A stretch of 39,264 nt of DNA from Syntrophaceae bacterium UBA3084. GTDB taxonomy: Bacteria > Desulfobacterota > Syntrophia > Syntrophales > UBA6807. Below, one piece after another: positions 15,413 through 25,846 of this stretch. Under the pieces are notes generated by a model. That model saw only the letters and a program-made list of their open reading frames with translations, searched no databases and was not told the DNA's origin. The position numbers were made by a program, and so were the translations under genes. Within the stretch, counting starts at the first letter, position 1, and the number at the start of each line of letters is the position of its first letter. The stretch is from NCBI GenBank assembly GCA_002367335.1, contig DFBI01000047.1:1-39264 (forward strand), given 5' to 3'.

Positions 15413-15575
15413 GAACTTCCCTTCCTAAACACCAATCCGCCTGTCCTAACAAAAAAGGCCTTCAGGTGCATAGGACGGGACAAGCATCTAAAACCATTGC
15501 TTCCAAACCATAAAATAGCGTCATGCGGGTCAATACTGTTTACTTCCGTGAAATTATTTTTCCCGATGCGCTACT

Positions 15576-17063
15576 TCAATATGAAGGTTTTGCAACAACT
15601 TCTCTAATTTTATAGATAGGTTCTTTTCGCCTTCTCATCTTATAAAAGTTTTTGAACAAACCAACAGTTATAAATATACTAATTAGATCGAGCACCATCC
15701 AATCCATCCCAAAACTATTTATCCACAACCAAAAAACGTAAAGTATGAGTGCTCTGTATAAATAAAATAAAAAAGCATCTTTGCTTTTCACAGATAAATA
15801 AAGCTTTTTAAATATGTGTGAAAATATGAAAAATATAATTAGAGCAGAATAACCCCCAAAAAGAACATAATACTCACCATATATGGTAAGCATACTTGAG
15901 TGATATGCTGCCTTAATATCTTTGTGTATAGGGCTGGAATAAATAGTATAACCATAAATATATCTAAGAGCATTAGCAGCCTTTGGTGTATCAAAAATAT
16001 TAAAACCAGGCGTTAAACCATTATCTATGGCGCTCTTAAAATAATAAATTATGTTTATAACATTATGATACTGTTCCTTGTTTCTTATCATATCCGCTGG
16101 ATTATCTAAAAAACCCCCCCTATCAAATATGGAGCGACATAAAATCTTAACATCTTTTGAGCCAATACTATAATTTTTTAAGGTAGTAAGTTGTTTTTTG
16201 GAACCAATAATTCGTTTTGTATCAACTTTTCGAATATATGTTGCTGCATCAAAAATGAAAAAGGAAAGCAGAATAACTAGCGGGCTTATTAAAATTAATT
16301 TTTTGTTTATTTTAATTCTACCTTTCACCGACAGAAATCCAATCAATAAGAGATAACCCACTGTTAATAATCCGGATCGACTGCCCGATAATGTAGCAAA
16401 TATAATAAAAGTTACAGTTAGAATTAAAAGAGTGACTAGGTTTCTGTTTGAAGTTTTTCTAAAATTCACAGCTACGTATATAAATGTGAATAACAGAATC
16501 AAATGCAATTGGATAAAAACGCCTGTTATATAGCCCGCAAATCTACCAATAATATCACTTGAAAGGCGTATATAAAAACCTATTACAATTGTAGCTACTA
16601 ATATTAGCATAACGTTCCGTGGATTTGCAGGATAGGCATCGGTAAGTACATTTTGTTTATTAAGATTCTTTCCGCCTCCAGTACTAAGACCTAAAACAAT
16701 TGAAGCATTAGAAAGCATTATAAATATTAGTGAATAATTTAGATCGTAGGATGTAAATGGATATCTAGTCAATATTGACGACCATGGATCATATAATAAA
16801 GTGACTACTCGCCCCATGTAAAATATCACAGCAATTATCATTAAAATCAAAACAAAGGGATCTGTTCTTTTCTTTTCGTATGAAAGTATTAGGAGATTTT
16901 GTATACAGAATATGCATAATATAATTATTGTATATTCATTCACATACTGATTACTTCCCAGCTTATAATAAAGATATATGCCTATTGCACAAATAATAAT
17001 ATTGGCAATTTTTAATAAGGAATTTAGATCATAACCGGTTTTATTTCTAATGTTACAAATCAT
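15576..17063 (-). CDS. Multi-pass membrane protein, O-antigen/EPS polymerase (Wzy)-like
   Basis: 495 aa and very AT-rich, with many hydrophobic helices and one larger loop. Its position between glycosyltransferases in a locus that has a Wzx supports the call. I can name no diagnostic motif. Confidence 0.55.
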   Translation of the reverse strand: MICNIRNKTGYDLNSLLKIANIIICAIGIYLYYKLGSNQYVNEYTIIILCIFCIQNLLILSYEKKRTDPFVLILMIIAVIFYMGRVVTLLYDPWSSILTRYPFTSYDLNYSLIFIMLSNASIVLGLSTGGGKNLNKQNVLTDAYPANPRNVMLILVATIVIGFYIRLSSDIIGRFAGYITGVFIQLHLILLFTFIYVAVNFRKTSNRNLVTLLILTVTFIIFATLSGSRSGLLTVGYLLLIGFLSVKGRIKINKKLILISPLVILLSFFIFDAATYIRKVDTKRIIGSKKQLTTLKNYSIGSKDVKILCRSIFDRGGFLDNPADMIRNKEQYHNVINIIYYFKSAIDNGLTPGFNIFDTPKAANALRYIYGYTIYSSPIHKDIKAAYHSSMLTIYGEYYVLFGGYSALIIFFIFSHIFKKLYLSVKSKDAFLFYLYRALILYVFWLWINSFGMDWMVLDLISIFITVGLFKNFYKMRRRKEPIYKIREVVAKPSY

Positions 17064-17201
17064 TGCGCACGGAATCCTTTTTCACAGGAACTATAGAACT
17101 TAACTCTTGAAATTTGCCGGCAAAAAAGCTCATTTCCTGTACATCAATCCCAACCCGTCTTCAATAATAACAGCCACGTCCAGGCGAGTCATCACCCCGT
17201 A

Positions 17202-18467
17202 TCAACCGTCAGTAACTAGGTTGAATACCTTGGATAAGCGCATTGTAAGTTTTTTTCTGCTGAAGCGTTTGATAAACGCATCCGACACATTTTTATCGAT
17301 CCTGTCGGCTACCAAAAATGCCTGCAGTTTTTGAATCTGGATATCCTCGGATTCATCGTAGAAAAGGATGAGCCCATTTCCATATTGTTCCAGGACTCGA
17401 ACAACCTCGCTATCACGAGACGCAAGGCATATGATTCGACATTTATTGCCCATATAATCATATAGCCTGGCTGGAATCCATGACGTAGTATCAATATCGG
17501 AAGGCATACATAGCATGACGTATGCCATACAACGTATGAGTTGATAAAAGCTTGGATGCTCAAGATAACCATGTATTATTACCTTATATTTAATACCAAT
17601 TCCTGCTTGATTACAAAGGTCTATAAATGTTTTTCCCTCATTGCCTGCATAATGCAATTCCCGGGGTTCATTTAAATGACTGTTTTCTTCTAATTTGGAT
17701 AGTAATTTTAATATAGGTAACGGGGTATAATTACTCTTGCAATCAATTGATCCACCATAAAAAAATGAGTTTGGAATCGAACTATTTTTATTATTTGTAT
17801 GGATATCATCCAGGTCAAAGCCGTTAGGAATAACCCAAATTTTGTCTTTTAAAAATGGGTGCTTCTCTATCATTCTGGCCTGACTAACTTCCGTGTTAAC
17901 AATTAGAGCATTACAATATCTAAGATAATAACGTTCAAGGATATTTGAGATAAGATTATAGTATGATTTTAAAAATCTCCTATGCATTGGATTGAGAGTC
18001 CAAAGATCACGAAAATCGGTCACCCATGGCAGTTTATATTTAAATTTTATCCAGGCGCCTATTAGATTGATACTGAATGGACTACATGTAGTATAAACTA
18101 TATCAGGTTTATATTTTATGATTTCTTTACCTATGCGATTAAGTACTAATAAGCTCCAAAAAATATGACCATCAGGTGGTATTATATTGTTCATAAAATA
18201 ACCCATATATCTTGCCAATCGATGTACATACTTACGATCTTGAAGGTAGCAGAATGTATCGTGACACATAGGAGAAACTGTGATAGCTGAGCACAACTGA
18301 TTCATTAGTTGTTGGCTGGTTTTTGTGTGTCTGCTGATCTCCTTTGGACAAATAACCACGGCCTCCCAACCGAACCGTGGTAAATATTTAAGAAACTTTA
18401 CATTACGTTTTGTAGCCACATTGACTCGTGGAGGAAAGCAAGAAGTAATCCAGAGCACCTTTTTCAC
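17202..18467 (-). CDS. Glycosyltransferase (GT-B fold, GT4-like)
   Basis: 421 aa with a GTG start. N-terminus KKVLWITSCFPP is typical of GT4-like enzymes. The context is AT-rich. Confidence 0.6.
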   Translation of the reverse strand: MKKVLWITSCFPPRVNVATKRNVKFLKYLPRFGWEAVVICPKEISRHTKTSQQLMNQLCSAITVSPMCHDTFCYLQDRKYVHRLARYMGYFMNNIIPPDGHIFWSLLVLNRIGKEIIKYKPDIVYTTCSPFSINLIGAWIKFKYKLPWVTDFRDLWTLNPMHRRFLKSYYNLISNILERYYLRYCNALIVNTEVSQARMIEKHPFLKDKIWVIPNGFDLDDIHTNNKNSSIPNSFFYGGSIDCKSNYTPLPILKLLSKLEENSHLNEPRELHYAGNEGKTFIDLCNQAGIGIKYKVIIHGYLEHPSFYQLIRCMAYVMLCMPSDIDTTSWIPARLYDYMGNKCRIICLASRDSEVVRVLEQYGNGLILFYDESEDIQIQKLQAFLVADRIDKNVSDAFIKRFSRKKLTMRLSKVFNLVTDG

Positions 18468-18515
18468 AGTTTGATATTCTCTTCGCGTTTATATATCTTC
18501 AAAATGAGAATAAGA

Positions 18516-20378
18516 TCAACCATCACTAGCCTTTTTCAGTATCGTTCTGACTGGTTGATTTAAATCCACTAACGTGAAAACGCTCAGGTGAAATGCCGGT
18601 GATGATTCTCCGTATCGAGCGCACCTTGACGCGTGTGTTATCATTTGTTGAACAGGATATCCCAAAGCGTGTATGGCAAACTCCAGTGGACCATCTAAAG
18701 ATTTTATTAAAGTCAGATTATTCATAAAATCGTATTCTGAGACTATATACCAATTGTTTGCATAATCAATATTTTTTGTTTTTGAATTGGCTTTCTTTAC
18801 TGTATCCTCAATTATCACCGCATCGTCGTTCAAAGCTATTTGTCTGTTCAATCTTATTTGTCTGTCAAAAGACAGCAAAACATAATTGATTGCATTATCT
18901 GTTAATTCAACAACATCACATCTCGAACTAAATCTATCTGTTTTAAATAAAGAAGATGGAGAAAAATCAAAAAACAAATCGTCAATCATGGGAATATTAT
19001 GTGCTTCCTGTGAACGCTGGAAAATATTTCGGGAATCCTTGGTATAATTGTATCTACCAAGATCAATTAGGATCGGATTTCCATTATTGAAGATAACTAT
19101 TGATCCATTATCGGCATGGCCATGAGACACGCCATTATGCTTCTTGGCGTATATCCATACCTCAAAGTTTCTATTCGATAGATAATGCCACTTATTTATA
19201 ATATCATTATCAACAGTTGCCATTTGTTGTTGGGCAATGTGATCAATAAACCCTTCCATTCTAAATAGTTTCTGCCATGGAGAATTTTTTTTACTATGGC
19301 GTGAAAATGGCCGGCCCAACATCCATTCAGGAAAAACATCAGGAGAGACGTCGCCGAAAAGCGGGTATTCGCCAGTTTCAAATTTACTTTGAAGCAAGTC
19401 ACATACTTCCAGCATCTGAGATACTCTCGGGCTTAACCATGCTATCATTTCATAATCATTGGAGATTTTAGCTACATATAACATTTCAAGATAGGACCGT
19501 GTCAACAACATCTGATAATGGCTTGATTCTTCCTGAAGGACTCCATTTTTTATCATCTTATCTGTTTCGACAAAGAGGATTTCCTGCCCAATCTTTTTCA
19601 CCTGTTTAATGTTCAGTAGCGCACCGCATATGTACAAACAGCACGCGTTATTCAGGATATGATTGTTTGTATTTCGCCAGTGATATTCAAGATTATTTAT
19701 CAAGTGATTCAGTTGAAACTCATATGAGCGCGACAGATTTTCCCAGAAAATATCTCCTTTTTTTGAATATTCTTTTGTGAAAATTATAAAGAAAAGCCAG
19801 TTTAACAAACGATCAGAAATCGAGTACGATTCGAATATCTTAGGATCTGAAACTTCCCTGAAGCTCTCAAGCCATAACTCAATAGAATTATAGCCGAGAT
19901 TAACGGCATTTTGAACAGGGCTTTCCTGGATTAAAATCAGAAGCCACTTAAAACGGTGTACAGAAAATGTATCTTCATTGTCAGCAAATTTTTTACAAAA
20001 CAAATCATCAGAATATGGAAGATAGCGGGATGCAAACTTAATTTTAAGGTCTTGGTGGCGGCTGGAACATAATTCTATTTCCCGTGTTGGGATATGATCC
20101 CATTTCGACCGATCAAGTATAAACTCACTGCGGCCACCCTGTATTAAGCTCAAAAGATACCGATTATTCTTAAACTGAACGGCTTTAAACCATTTTTTGT
20201 ATTTAAAGCGACCCTCGAGTTTGAAATAGATAAGCTTTACAGACAAATCATAAAAAGTAATGACGAAAATACGGAAACTTGTAACAGATAAAAGCGAATT
20301 TCTAAGGAGATACTGAAAATGATGGTCACCAAAGAGACAACGTATTTTAGAAAATAGACGCATAATGACGCCCTTCAA
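18516..20378 (-). CDS. Heparinase II/III-like protein
   Basis: 620 aa with the C-terminal block HGHADNGSIVIFNNGNPILIDLGRYNY, typical of the heparinase II/III family. The start is uncertain (M1 or M6) and overlaps the asnB-like 3' end. Confidence 0.65.
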   Translation of the reverse strand: MKGVIMRLFSKIRCLFGDHHFQYLLRNSLLSVTSFRIFVITFYDLSVKLIYFKLEGRFKYKKWFKAVQFKNNRYLLSLIQGGRSEFILDRSKWDHIPTREIELCSSRHQDLKIKFASRYLPYSDDLFCKKFADNEDTFSVHRFKWLLILIQESPVQNAVNLGYNSIELWLESFREVSDPKIFESYSISDRLLNWLFFIIFTKEYSKKGDIFWENLSRSYEFQLNHLINNLEYHWRNTNNHILNNACCLYICGALLNIKQVKKIGQEILFVETDKMIKNGVLQEESSHYQMLLTRSYLEMLYVAKISNDYEMIAWLSPRVSQMLEVCDLLQSKFETGEYPLFGDVSPDVFPEWMLGRPFSRHSKKNSPWQKLFRMEGFIDHIAQQQMATVDNDIINKWHYLSNRNFEVWIYAKKHNGVSHGHADNGSIVIFNNGNPILIDLGRYNYTKDSRNIFQRSQEAHNIPMIDDLFFDFSPSSLFKTDRFSSRCDVVELTDNAINYVLLSFDRQIRLNRQIALNDDAVIIEDTVKKANSKTKNIDYANNWYIVSEYDFMNNLTLIKSLDGPLEFAIHALGYPVQQMITHASRCARYGESSPAFHLSVFTLVDLNQPVRTILKKASDG

Positions 20379-22137
20379 TATATAACTGCATCCAAACGTC
20401 CAAGATCAAGATTTTCCAATATTGCCACGCTTCGTTAATACTCAAATTCTGTTTTCTGATTAGTGGAAACAGCATCGAGCTATTAATCATTTCTTTACGC
20501 ATCAAGTACCCGTTTTGCAAAACCCTGTCAAAGTATACCGATTTATAAGTGTTTACCCACAATCCAATGGGTGCGCCAAAACCTTCTTTAGGCCTATAAA
20601 GCACTTCATTGGGCAAATATTTTTCCATAAGTTTTTTGAAGATATACTTTTTTTCACCTTTGTTGACCTTAAGATCTGACGATATAGCGATACTGACCTC
20701 AACAATACGATGATCAAGCAAAGGAACACGGCACTCTAACGATACTGCCATTGTCATTTTATCATTCAAAAATAAAATATCATCTTGAAGGTACCACCTC
20801 AAATCACTCAGCATAATTGCATTAAGCATATCTTTCGATCTATTGATTTTGTATAATTCATCAAATTCAGTACGATATACAGAAGGTCTAAACCAGTCAA
20901 AAAAACCTCTCCACCTTTTTGAGTCCCGCGGTTTCCATTTGTCATAATAAGAGTATTTTGGATTTTTGTCATAAATAAATTTGCCAATTATCGACTTTAA
21001 CAATGGATATTCCACATGATGTGAATATCCACCAAACAGCTCATCACCGCCAGCACCACTCAGGATTACCTTGACATGTTTTGCGGCTTCCTTAGCAAGA
21101 CCATAAGTAAAAACAAGTGCCCCATCTGCAAATGGCTCTTCCAAATGCCATATTAGTTTTGGCAGATCTGTTATTAGCTCTTTATCAAATACATTTTTTA
21201 CAAAATGACGAGTTCCATATTGGCGAGACACCATAATAGCTTGTTCGGTTTCATCAAATTTGCCTTCAGCATTTCCCCAGCTAATATGAAATGTGCTCAA
21301 AGGTGTCTCAGTCTGTATAGCTGCTATGGCAGTCACTGCTGAACTGTCGATACCACCGCTCAAAAAACTGCCTACCGGCACGTCACTACGCATCTCAATA
21401 CGCATGCTATCCATTAGCACTGTTTTAAGCTGCTGCATTGCATTTTCTTCATTGTGGATAGTATTGTAGGGCAACGATAGCTGCCAGTAATGTCTTATCT
21501 CATAATTACCATTACTCCATTTAAGATAACTGCCAGAAGGAAGTTTTGATATACTGCGAAAAGGTGACATTGGAGCAGGAATATACATCAATTCCAGATA
21601 AGTGCTAAGTGCATCAAAATTAATTTCTTTTGAAACACGATCTGTTACAAAAATCGATTTAAGCTCTGATGAAAATATTAAATTATTATCTACAACAGCG
21701 TAATAGAGCGGTTTGATCCCAAGACGATCACGGATCAAGAAAACCTTTTCTTCTTTTTTGTCATAGAGTGCTATGGAATACATGCCATTTAGTTTATTAA
21801 TAAAATCTATGCCGTATTCATCGTAGAGATAGGGCAATACTTCAACATCAGAATGGGTCTTAAATATATGGCCTTTCTTCACCAACTCTTCGCGCAACTC
21901 TATATAATTGTATATTTCCCCATTGCATATAACAACAACCGTCCTGTCCAGATTATAAAAGGGTTGCTGACCATGCTCAATATCAATAATACTTAGTCGG
22001 CGCATTCCTAATGAGACAGTATCGTCAACATAATAACCATCGCCATCAGGGCCACGATGCTGCTGCGTTTCTCCCATCTTTTTTAACAGAGACAACGGAT
22101 CGTTATCTCTGAATGTGAATCCAAAAATCCCACACAT
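20347..22137 (-). CDS. Asparagine synthase (glutamine-hydrolysing)-type amidotransferase
   Basis: 596 aa with the MCGI Ntn nucleophile start and the SGGIDSS PP-loop. Confidence 0.9.
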   Translation of the reverse strand: MCGIFGFTFRDNDPLSLLKKMGETQQHRGPDGDGYYVDDTVSLGMRRLSIIDIEHGQQPFYNLDRTVVVICNGEIYNYIELREELVKKGHIFKTHSDVEVLPYLYDEYGIDFINKLNGMYSIALYDKKEEKVFLIRDRLGIKPLYYAVVDNNLIFSSELKSIFVTDRVSKEINFDALSTYLELMYIPAPMSPFRSISKLPSGSYLKWSNGNYEIRHYWQLSLPYNTIHNEENAMQQLKTVLMDSMRIEMRSDVPVGSFLSGGIDSSAVTAIAAIQTETPLSTFHISWGNAEGKFDETEQAIMVSRQYGTRHFVKNVFDKELITDLPKLIWHLEEPFADGALVFTYGLAKEAAKHVKVILSGAGGDELFGGYSHHVEYPLLKSIIGKFIYDKNPKYSYYDKWKPRDSKRWRGFFDWFRPSVYRTEFDELYKINRSKDMLNAIMLSDLRWYLQDDILFLNDKMTMAVSLECRVPLLDHRIVEVSIAISSDLKVNKGEKKYIFKKLMEKYLPNEVLYRPKEGFGAPIGLWVNTYKSVYFDRVLQNGYLMRKEMINSSMLFPLIRKQNLSINEAWQYWKILILDVWMQLYIEGRHYASIF

Positions 22138-22239
22138 AAAACCCCTTACAAGTCAAACTGTTCTATATATTTCTCTTCTGTCACTTCCTTAGGTATAATT
22201 ACGATCTTTCAAATTTTGATCAGAAGCAGTATTATCAGA

Positions 22240-22977
22240 TCAGGTTATGGATAAATCGAGTTTTTCTAATTCTGATAGAGGATACTTTGCAAGAACGAAT
22301 TTACTGGCAATATTAACATTAACGCAAAATTTATTTTGATTTGTTAGTAAATATGTATTTGAATTCTGAAAAGGCTTTGCCAATATTTTGTTTGATGCGG
22401 GCGTACTATCTACAAGTCGTTTATAGCAATTCTTAAGAAACGTTTTAGTTCTCGAATCCATGTTACTAATATGCTTAAATTGATAATTGAGTGATATAAA
22501 AAGCATGTTAAAAATATCAAACCCAAAATACACTTTCTCATCAAAGTGAAAATGCTCCCAATCAACTATATTTAAATCGTTTCCGCCTTCGATAATGTTA
22601 TTACAAAGAGCCAAATCCCCATGAATTGCGAAGTCCTTTGCTCTCAGCCATTTTTCGCTATAATACTCAATAATCATTTCGATTTCATTCTCGTTTCCGC
22701 TAATTGGCGCACTGCGCGGAAATGTTTTTCCTGCAAATTCAGGAATCTCAATTTCAAGAAAATTCTTTCCTGTTAAATTTACTTCATAATCCTTTTCTGC
22801 AATGCGGCAAAACCAATCATACCCTCTTTTTTCATTTTCAATCAGCCGGTTAGCTTGTTCTGAAAAAGCAACCTTTTTGTAAAAACGCTCTCTACCTTTC
22901 CAGCATTTATAGAGTGCAACATTATTGTTATGAGTTTCCGAACTCAGCAATTCGTATGTGGTTTTCTCCTCATGCAT
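22240..22977 (-). CDS. Aminoglycoside-phosphotransferase/choline-kinase-like kinase
   Basis: Shows HGDLALCNNII....NIVDWEHF...D (Brenner-type catalytic loop plus DWE). I moved the start to ATG 22977 (MHEEK); the first 17 residues of the track ORF are a poly-Leu read-through that overlaps the upstream gene. Confidence 0.6.
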   Translation of the reverse strand: MHEEKTTYELLSSETHNNNVALYKCWKGRERFYKKVAFSEQANRLIENEKRGYDWFCRIAEKDYEVNLTGKNFLEIEIPEFAGKTFPRSAPISGNENEIEMIIEYYSEKWLRAKDFAIHGDLALCNNIIEGGNDLNIVDWEHFHFDEKVYFGFDIFNMLFISLNYQFKHISNMDSRTKTFLKNCYKRLVDSTPASNKILAKPFQNSNTYLLTNQNKFCVNVNIASKFVLAKYPLSELEKLDLSIT

Positions 22978-24031
22978 CTCTAACTTGGCCTTTTTTTGCC
23001 ACAACAATAAAAGAAGGAGCAAGCTCAAATAGGCGTAGTCTTTTGTACACTAGCCAATCAAGGTTTCTTCTCATTTTTCGAAACGCTTTCTTAACAACGT
23101 TTCGCGTTTTTCTCGTCCGATACACTGGTTCATAATTCTCTTGCATTTTTTTTCTGAAGGGAAGAATCTTCTGCGGAAATCTGTAATCAGGGAAAACTGC
23201 ATATGTTTCAACCGCTTCGAATCCGGCCCGCTTGATTAATCTCTCCAATTCCCTACGTGAATATATGTAGTTAACATAGGGCCTACCATACCAAATACTA
23301 GAAATGATATTTGCAATTTTCCTTGGAAGAAAAGCAGTATAAAAAAGGCCGACATGAACATCTTTTTTCCATAGAAAATGCTGGTAATCATACCTATTTT
23401 CTATAGCCAAATAGAGCCTGCCACGTGGCCTTAGACCACGACAAACCCTCTCTAAAAATTCAAATTGGAGAAGCATAGGATCATAACTTGGTTTTGTAAC
23501 GCGAAATTTTTCCCTTTTCAGAAATTTGTTAAGTTCCACCTCGTTCTCAACAGGTATCCATTCCAACACACCATTAACTATTGAAAAATCAAATGTTCCT
23601 TCGAGATGTAAATTGTTTCTTAAATTGGCATTCAATAAGTAACAATTATCAATATTTTCTTCTTTTAAGCGATACTTGACGAATTCCAATGAGTCTCTTG
23701 TTTGGTCAATGCCAAGTATTGCTTTGCAATTTTTTGCGCAATAAATAAGTAAATTGCCCCACATGCAACCATAATCAGCGCCAACGTCGCTTTTCTTTAT
23801 ATCCAGCAGCCTCAAACCGACCGACCTCATCGAGTCGAATATAATATTTTCTAGATTTGGAAATAACTTTTGGACCGTATCGCGAGTAGTAGCACTTCTT
23901 AAGTGACTAAATAAAACTGCTTGCTCTTTTCTGCTAAGATTACTCCAATACCCCTCTTGAGATGATGTGTCATAGTAAATGCCATCAACATTTTTATATA
24001 ATTGATCTAATTTGGAACATAGTTTGTTCAT
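22970..24031 (-). CDS. Class I SAM-dependent methyltransferase
   Basis: 353 aa with a motif I-like DVGADYGCMWG and a later FDFSIVNGVLEWIP block. Confidence 0.7.
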   Translation of the reverse strand: MNKLCSKLDQLYKNVDGIYYDTSSQEGYWSNLSRKEQAVLFSHLRSATTRDTVQKLFPNLENIIFDSMRSVGLRLLDIKKSDVGADYGCMWGNLLIYCAKNCKAILGIDQTRDSLEFVKYRLKEENIDNCYLLNANLRNNLHLEGTFDFSIVNGVLEWIPVENEVELNKFLKREKFRVTKPSYDPMLLQFEFLERVCRGLRPRGRLYLAIENRYDYQHFLWKKDVHVGLFYTAFLPRKIANIISSIWYGRPYVNYIYSRRELERLIKRAGFEAVETYAVFPDYRFPQKILPFRKKMQENYEPVYRTRKTRNVVKKAFRKMRRNLDWLVYKRLRLFELAPSFIVVAKKGQVRDA

Positions 24032-24117
24032 ATATCAGTTAATTACCTTTCATTTTGAGAACAGGGAGATGAGATAAAATTTAATATTGAACTTCCAAAA
24101 ATTGGTCACATGTTTCT

Positions 24118-24283
24118 CATACCAGGTAACCGTTCACACTCCCTGGCAGCCGACAAGCTTTTGCAGGGTTTCAACCGCGGACAAGGTTGCACCAAAAGGC
24201 GTATTCTCAACGGATTGTGCTTTGAAACCCGAAAAAGGCTGTTGGCTGTCAGGGGGGGGGGAAGTGAATGATTACATACCAGG
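24118..24283. mobile_element. MITE-like palindromic element (148 bp, 24127-24274) flanked by 9-bp direct repeats CATACCAGG (24118-24126 and 24275-24283)
   Basis: The left arm TAACCGTTCACACTCCCTGGCAGCCGACAAGCTTTTGCAGGGTTTCAA aligns with the reverse complement of the right arm TAATCATTCACTTCCCCCCCCCCTGACAGCCAACAGCCTTTTTCGGGTTTCAA. A 47-nt centre separates the arms. No ORF. Confidence 0.75.
24252..24261. repeat. Homopolymeric G10 tract (C10 on the transcribed strand) inside the right arm of the MITE-like element
   Basis: Counted directly (tca ggg ggg ggg gaa in the + frame of the track ORF). The equivalent position in the left arm has only CCC. Confidence 0.9.
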
Positions 24284-24298
24284 ATATGCATTAGCAAT

Positions 24299-25834
24299 TC
24301 ACTCCAGATTCAATTTCCTTCTCACCGACTTGACCACAAATTTTATATCTTGCCTTTTCAGCCCGAAAAAAATGGGTTGATAATAAGACAACACCATGAC
24401 CATAATTGTGTATAAAACTCCGGCAAGAAAAAAACTGTAAAAGACCTTATTCTGTAAAGCCAAGCCCCGATCTACACAGACCATTGCAATCAATGCAATC
24501 CCTAACAGGCATCCGACACTCATTACTTGATGTCCCATATATCGCCAAAAATGAAGCTTCAGCAGCCGGGCATTAAACCAGAGCTGAACATTTACTCCTA
24601 TAAATTGCAGGACTACCATCTTTATTGCCAGCCCTGTTGCTCCGGCATCCAATCCGAATCTTTCCTGTGGAGCTATAAGAAAATAGGTTACAGGCAGACC
24701 GATGAGCATAAATGTCACCCCAATATTTCTATAAAGAGCGGTTTGCCCTGTAGCATAGAAAACAGATCCGCTCAACTGCCCATAGGTCTGGTGGATGGGA
24801 TAAAAGGCCATGATGGCCACGGCCAGGGTTGCTTGATGAAATTTTGCTCCTCCCATAATAAGGGTGACTTTGTCAGCCTCCACCGCAATAAAACATGCGA
24901 AGTAAGCAGCAATGGCATACAGCATAGGAATATACCGGCGAAAAAGTCGAGCCATTTCCCGAAGATCTTTTTCACCAAAAGCAATTGAAAATTCACGAAT
25001 GATGAGAGGGGTCATGGCAGAGGTAAAAAGGAAACAGACCGCACCAATCTGATATGAAAGCCCGTAAAACCCCTGTTCCACGCTTCCGGCAAATTTCTGC
25101 AGCATCCATCTATCCAGAATGCCTACAATCAGCCCAACCAGCGCATAAACAAAGAGGGGATGGCTATAATGGTAAAACTCCTTCGCGTATGCCCTGATTT
25201 GAGCATGGGAAAGTTTCCATCTTTGCTTTAGCGAATACCCTTTGCGCTCCATTACCCAGATAAAAGCCAAGGCAAGAAACATTAAGATAAAATAATGATA
25301 GAAAAAAAAATTGACCAGATTCAACTGACTTGTAAAAAAAAGGACCAGAATAATGGCAAGCGCCAACCCCCTTTGAATAATCCTGGCAATCTCTGTGGAT
25401 ACCGTCACACCATACGCATCGGCCATTTTGTTTATAATCCGAACAAACCAGGTAAGGATTCCCCATACTGCCGCAAGATAGATGTAAAAAAGCTTCTGAT
25501 CTGGCAAAAAAGTGGTGTAAGAATCTGTTACATGGATACATCCCACAAATATGATCAAGAAAAAAGAAACCAGGCACGCAAATGAAAGGTAAAACGAAAC
25601 AAGCCCAAAATTTCGCTGTCGCTGGGAAAGCTTGGTATAAAACCCGATGGAGGAGCCCATATCCAAGAAATTCACGACTTGGACAAAAAAATTGGAGAGA
25701 AAGCTAAAATCTCCATACGCTCGCGGTCCCAGCCCGCGAGGAATAATGGCCTGAGTAACAACACTGATAACTAAGCCAATTAGGTTGGCAGAAAGCTTAG
25801 CAAGGTAGCGTTTTTTGAGGGAGTCAGTAGGCAT
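24299..25834 (-). CDS. wzx: Oligosaccharide flippase (Wzx, MOP superfamily polysaccharide biosynthesis protein)
   Basis: 511 aa with about 12-14 hydrophobic helices. The N-terminus (KLSANLIGLVISVVTQAIIPRGLGPRAYGDF) is typical of Wzx-type flippases. Confidence 0.8.
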   Translation of the reverse strand: MPTDSLKKRYLAKLSANLIGLVISVVTQAIIPRGLGPRAYGDFSFLSNFFVQVVNFLDMGSSIGFYTKLSQRQRNFGLVSFYLSFACLVSFFLIIFVGCIHVTDSYTTFLPDQKLFYIYLAAVWGILTWFVRIINKMADAYGVTVSTEIARIIQRGLALAIILVLFFTSQLNLVNFFFYHYFILMFLALAFIWVMERKGYSLKQRWKLSHAQIRAYAKEFYHYSHPLFVYALVGLIVGILDRWMLQKFAGSVEQGFYGLSYQIGAVCFLFTSAMTPLIIREFSIAFGEKDLREMARLFRRYIPMLYAIAAYFACFIAVEADKVTLIMGGAKFHQATLAVAIMAFYPIHQTYGQLSGSVFYATGQTALYRNIGVTFMLIGLPVTYFLIAPQERFGLDAGATGLAIKMVVLQFIGVNVQLWFNARLLKLHFWRYMGHQVMSVGCLLGIALIAMVCVDRGLALQNKVFYSFFLAGVLYTIMVMVLSYYQPIFFGLKRQDIKFVVKSVRRKLNLE

Positions 25835-25846
25835 AAGAGAGAATCT

